Part shown: positions 61,871 through 64,000 of the stretch, one piece after another
How positions within the stretch are numbered: position 1 is the first letter of the stretch
How the letters are laid out: the number at the start of each line of letters is the position of its first letter
Assembly: GCA_001179505.1 (NCBI GenBank)
Contig: CDMY01000553.1
Coordinates: forward strand, 1 to 64,000
DNA length: 64,000 nucleotides
Direction of reading: 5' to 3'
From: Vitrella brassicaformis CCMP3155
Lineage: Eukaryota > Protista > Chromerida
Made by a program: the position numbers and the translations under genes
The notes under the pieces: generated by a model
What the model was told of the DNA's origin: nothing
Seen by the model: the letters and a program-made list of their open reading frames with translations, nothing else
Database searches by the model: none

Positions 61871-63688
61871 ATGGATGCATCAGCCAGCCAGCACAAACAG
61901 CCAGGCATTCATGAGATGCAGCATGACCCCCTCCATGTGCTTCTGTCGGCCGTGCATGCGCCTCATTTATTGTATTGTTTGCAGGCTGAGCTGTTGGAGG
62001 GGGAGCAGCAGGGTGGTGACCAGGAGCCCGAAGACCAGCACGACGAGGAGGGTCAGCATGACGAGGAGGGTCAGCACGACCAGGAGGGCGGTCAGCTTGC
62101 TGCTGCTGCTGCTGCTGCAAAAGATTTGGTGATGGACGGCATTTGGCTGTCGCGACTGGTGTGGCCCTTAGCGATGCTGGTCACCCTCTACGACGCCATC
62201 AAGGGTACGTTTGGCTGCGTGCCGATGCGATGCCGCCTTGCATCTCTGTGTGCCGATGCATTCATTCTTGATGTGTGTGTGTGTGTGGGTGTGTGTGGGT
62301 GTCTGTGCGCGTGGGTGTTTCCCTCGCTGCTGCAGACCAGCTGTGGCAACACATCTGGAGGGACAGGGTCAAGCTCTACGGCGAGGGCCCGGCACACACC
62401 ATCCCAGCAGACAAGCAGTGCTGCATTTGGCTGTGGCGGCCCCACATCAAGGTGCGCATCCCCATGGCAAAGCCTGGCAATGCCTCCCGCCTCACGCCCG
62501 ACCGGTGGCTCAAGATGGTCATCATTCTGGAGAAGCTTCACTCCGTCCAGGCCTTGCCGGCCAACGTGCTGACGCACTGGGGCAAGTGGGGCCTCCTCAA
62601 GTCGCTGCATTTCCACAAAGGGATCATCACCATCGAACACAATCACCTGGTATGTGCACACGTCTGCACAGCACAGCACAGCACAGCACAGCACAGCAGA
62701 GAGAGAGGGAGAGAGGGAATGTTTGGGCGTGGCTGACCTGACGTGATGTACATGCCCTCGGTGTGCTCTGCCTGGCTGTGCGTGTGCGTCTGTCTGCAGG
62801 ATAAGTTGTTCAAGAAATACAGCAAGAGCGAGCTCCTGGCCATGCCGCTGGCCCTGGTGGAGTACGAGCTGCTCGCGCTGGCCGGCATGGCCGCGCCGCT
62901 GGACTCCATCGTGTGGAACGCCCCGGCCAATCCTGGTGCCGAGCCCACCATCGATGAGATCACCTTTGCCGCCCATGGCCGTCTGCGTCACTGCAGCATC
63001 CGGCTGGCGCCAGGCGCCAACAACCAGCCCGCCAGCCAGCAGATCGACCCGCGCCTCACCATCTCGTACCATCAGCAGCCCATCCCCCTGCAGCTGTCCA
63101 ACGCCGCATTCATCAACGAGATCCATCGGCACAAAAGGCAGCCCATCTTTAGGTGCTCAGTGCGCCGCACCGAGCAGGGGACGGCGGCAGATGTGGAGGC
63201 GTGCCGGGAGTGGGTGTGTGGGTGGGTGGGGGGATTGGGTGGCGGGCTGGCGGCCATTTACCGATGCGGCATCCAGGAGCCCAACACCCCGCCGCAGCGG
63301 CCGCCCACCCTCTACTTCGTCCTCTGCGTGGACCCCTTCATCGTGGTGACATCGACCGACATTCTGCCGGCCGATGACGGCTTTGATGCTGAGGTATATA
63401 CATAGTGGGATGGATTGGATCCCATTGGGATGGGTGCAGTGGAGTGCGGTCATTCATTCGTTCGTCGCTGTGTGTGTTTGTGTGTCTTCCCCTTAGGTGC
63501 GGATTGCCGGCGAGGCCGAGTCGCGCTGCCATGTCAGATCACTTGCTGACCTGAACCGCGTGTTGGACCACCGCCAGTCGGAGAAGTACGCAGCGTTCGT
63601 GCGCCGCCTGCGGGGACTCGCCGATTTCCCCGGCGTCACCTTCACCGCCACGACAGCCCACAAGTTTCTCAACATGGACCTACAGTAG
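61871..63688 (+). CDS. Hypothetical lineage-specific protein
   Basis: Four or five GT-AG exons with open, non-repetitive translations; N-terminal acidic repeats (EGQHDE); no recognised domain. Confidence 0.6.
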
Positions 63689-64000
63689 ATAGAGGCCGTG
63701 ACAGACAGACAGACAGACAGACAGACAGAGAGGGAGGGCGGGAGGGAGGGATGGCGGGCTGGGGTGAATGCAATGCATGCTGCACACACTACTCTCCGGT
63801 GGGCAAGGAGAGGTGAGCCGAGGTGACGTGATGGCGGGTACTGTACATGGTATGAGGTGACAGTTGGAGAAATCCGTCCGTCCGTGAAGTGACCAATTCA
63901 ACCCATGGCATGAACCGTGTCTGTGCATGCAATGCATTGCAGCACATCAAGTCGCACCACATACACAGAGAGATTCAAAATGACCCCCCCACACACGCGT

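Noticed and set aside
1-64000. tRNA or rRNA genes, and the many antisense ORFs over GC-rich exons
   Set aside because: No structural RNA was recognised by eye; antisense ORFs are explained by codon bias and microsatellites.

Overview
Intron-rich eukaryotic genomic DNA whose introns are full of (GT)n/(GACA)n/(GGAT)n microsatellites, with five 300-N scaffold gaps. Gene content (beta-alpha fused transhydrogenase, plastid-targeted proteins with bipartite leaders, a myzozoan-type ATP synthase subunit) points to a chromerid alga, most likely Vitrella brassicaformis (inference). About 20 genes are supportable: 2-4 NAD(P) transhydrogenase copies or segments, bystin, a microbial rhodopsin, RPL29, two inverted copies of a lineage-specific family, a thylakoid-lumen protein, a PTC7-like PP2C, MOCS2B/MoaE, a POLQ/HELQ-type helicase, a CCHC zinc-knuckle protein, a PUF-like protein, a degenerate CAMK-like kinase, a ZRANB3-like SNF2-HNH protein, an ATP synthase subunit, GOS1, a plastid phosphate translocator and several unknowns. 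The most striking item is a 708-aa type-1 rhodopsin (4788-7364) with an extra N-terminal helix, an intact Schiff-base Lys and counterions, a ~130-aa insertion between helices E and F, and a coiled-coil plus disordered tail with no recognisable enzyme or channel domain. Also notable: most genes lie head-to-head across 77-246-nt spacers, three of which share the 10-mer GATCTCCAAC; an intron splits the bystin ATG; a 44-bp block is shared by two gene starts; and a ~210-bp inverted repeat encodes an integrase-like peptide. Exon models were read by eye and have not been checked against RNA or databases.
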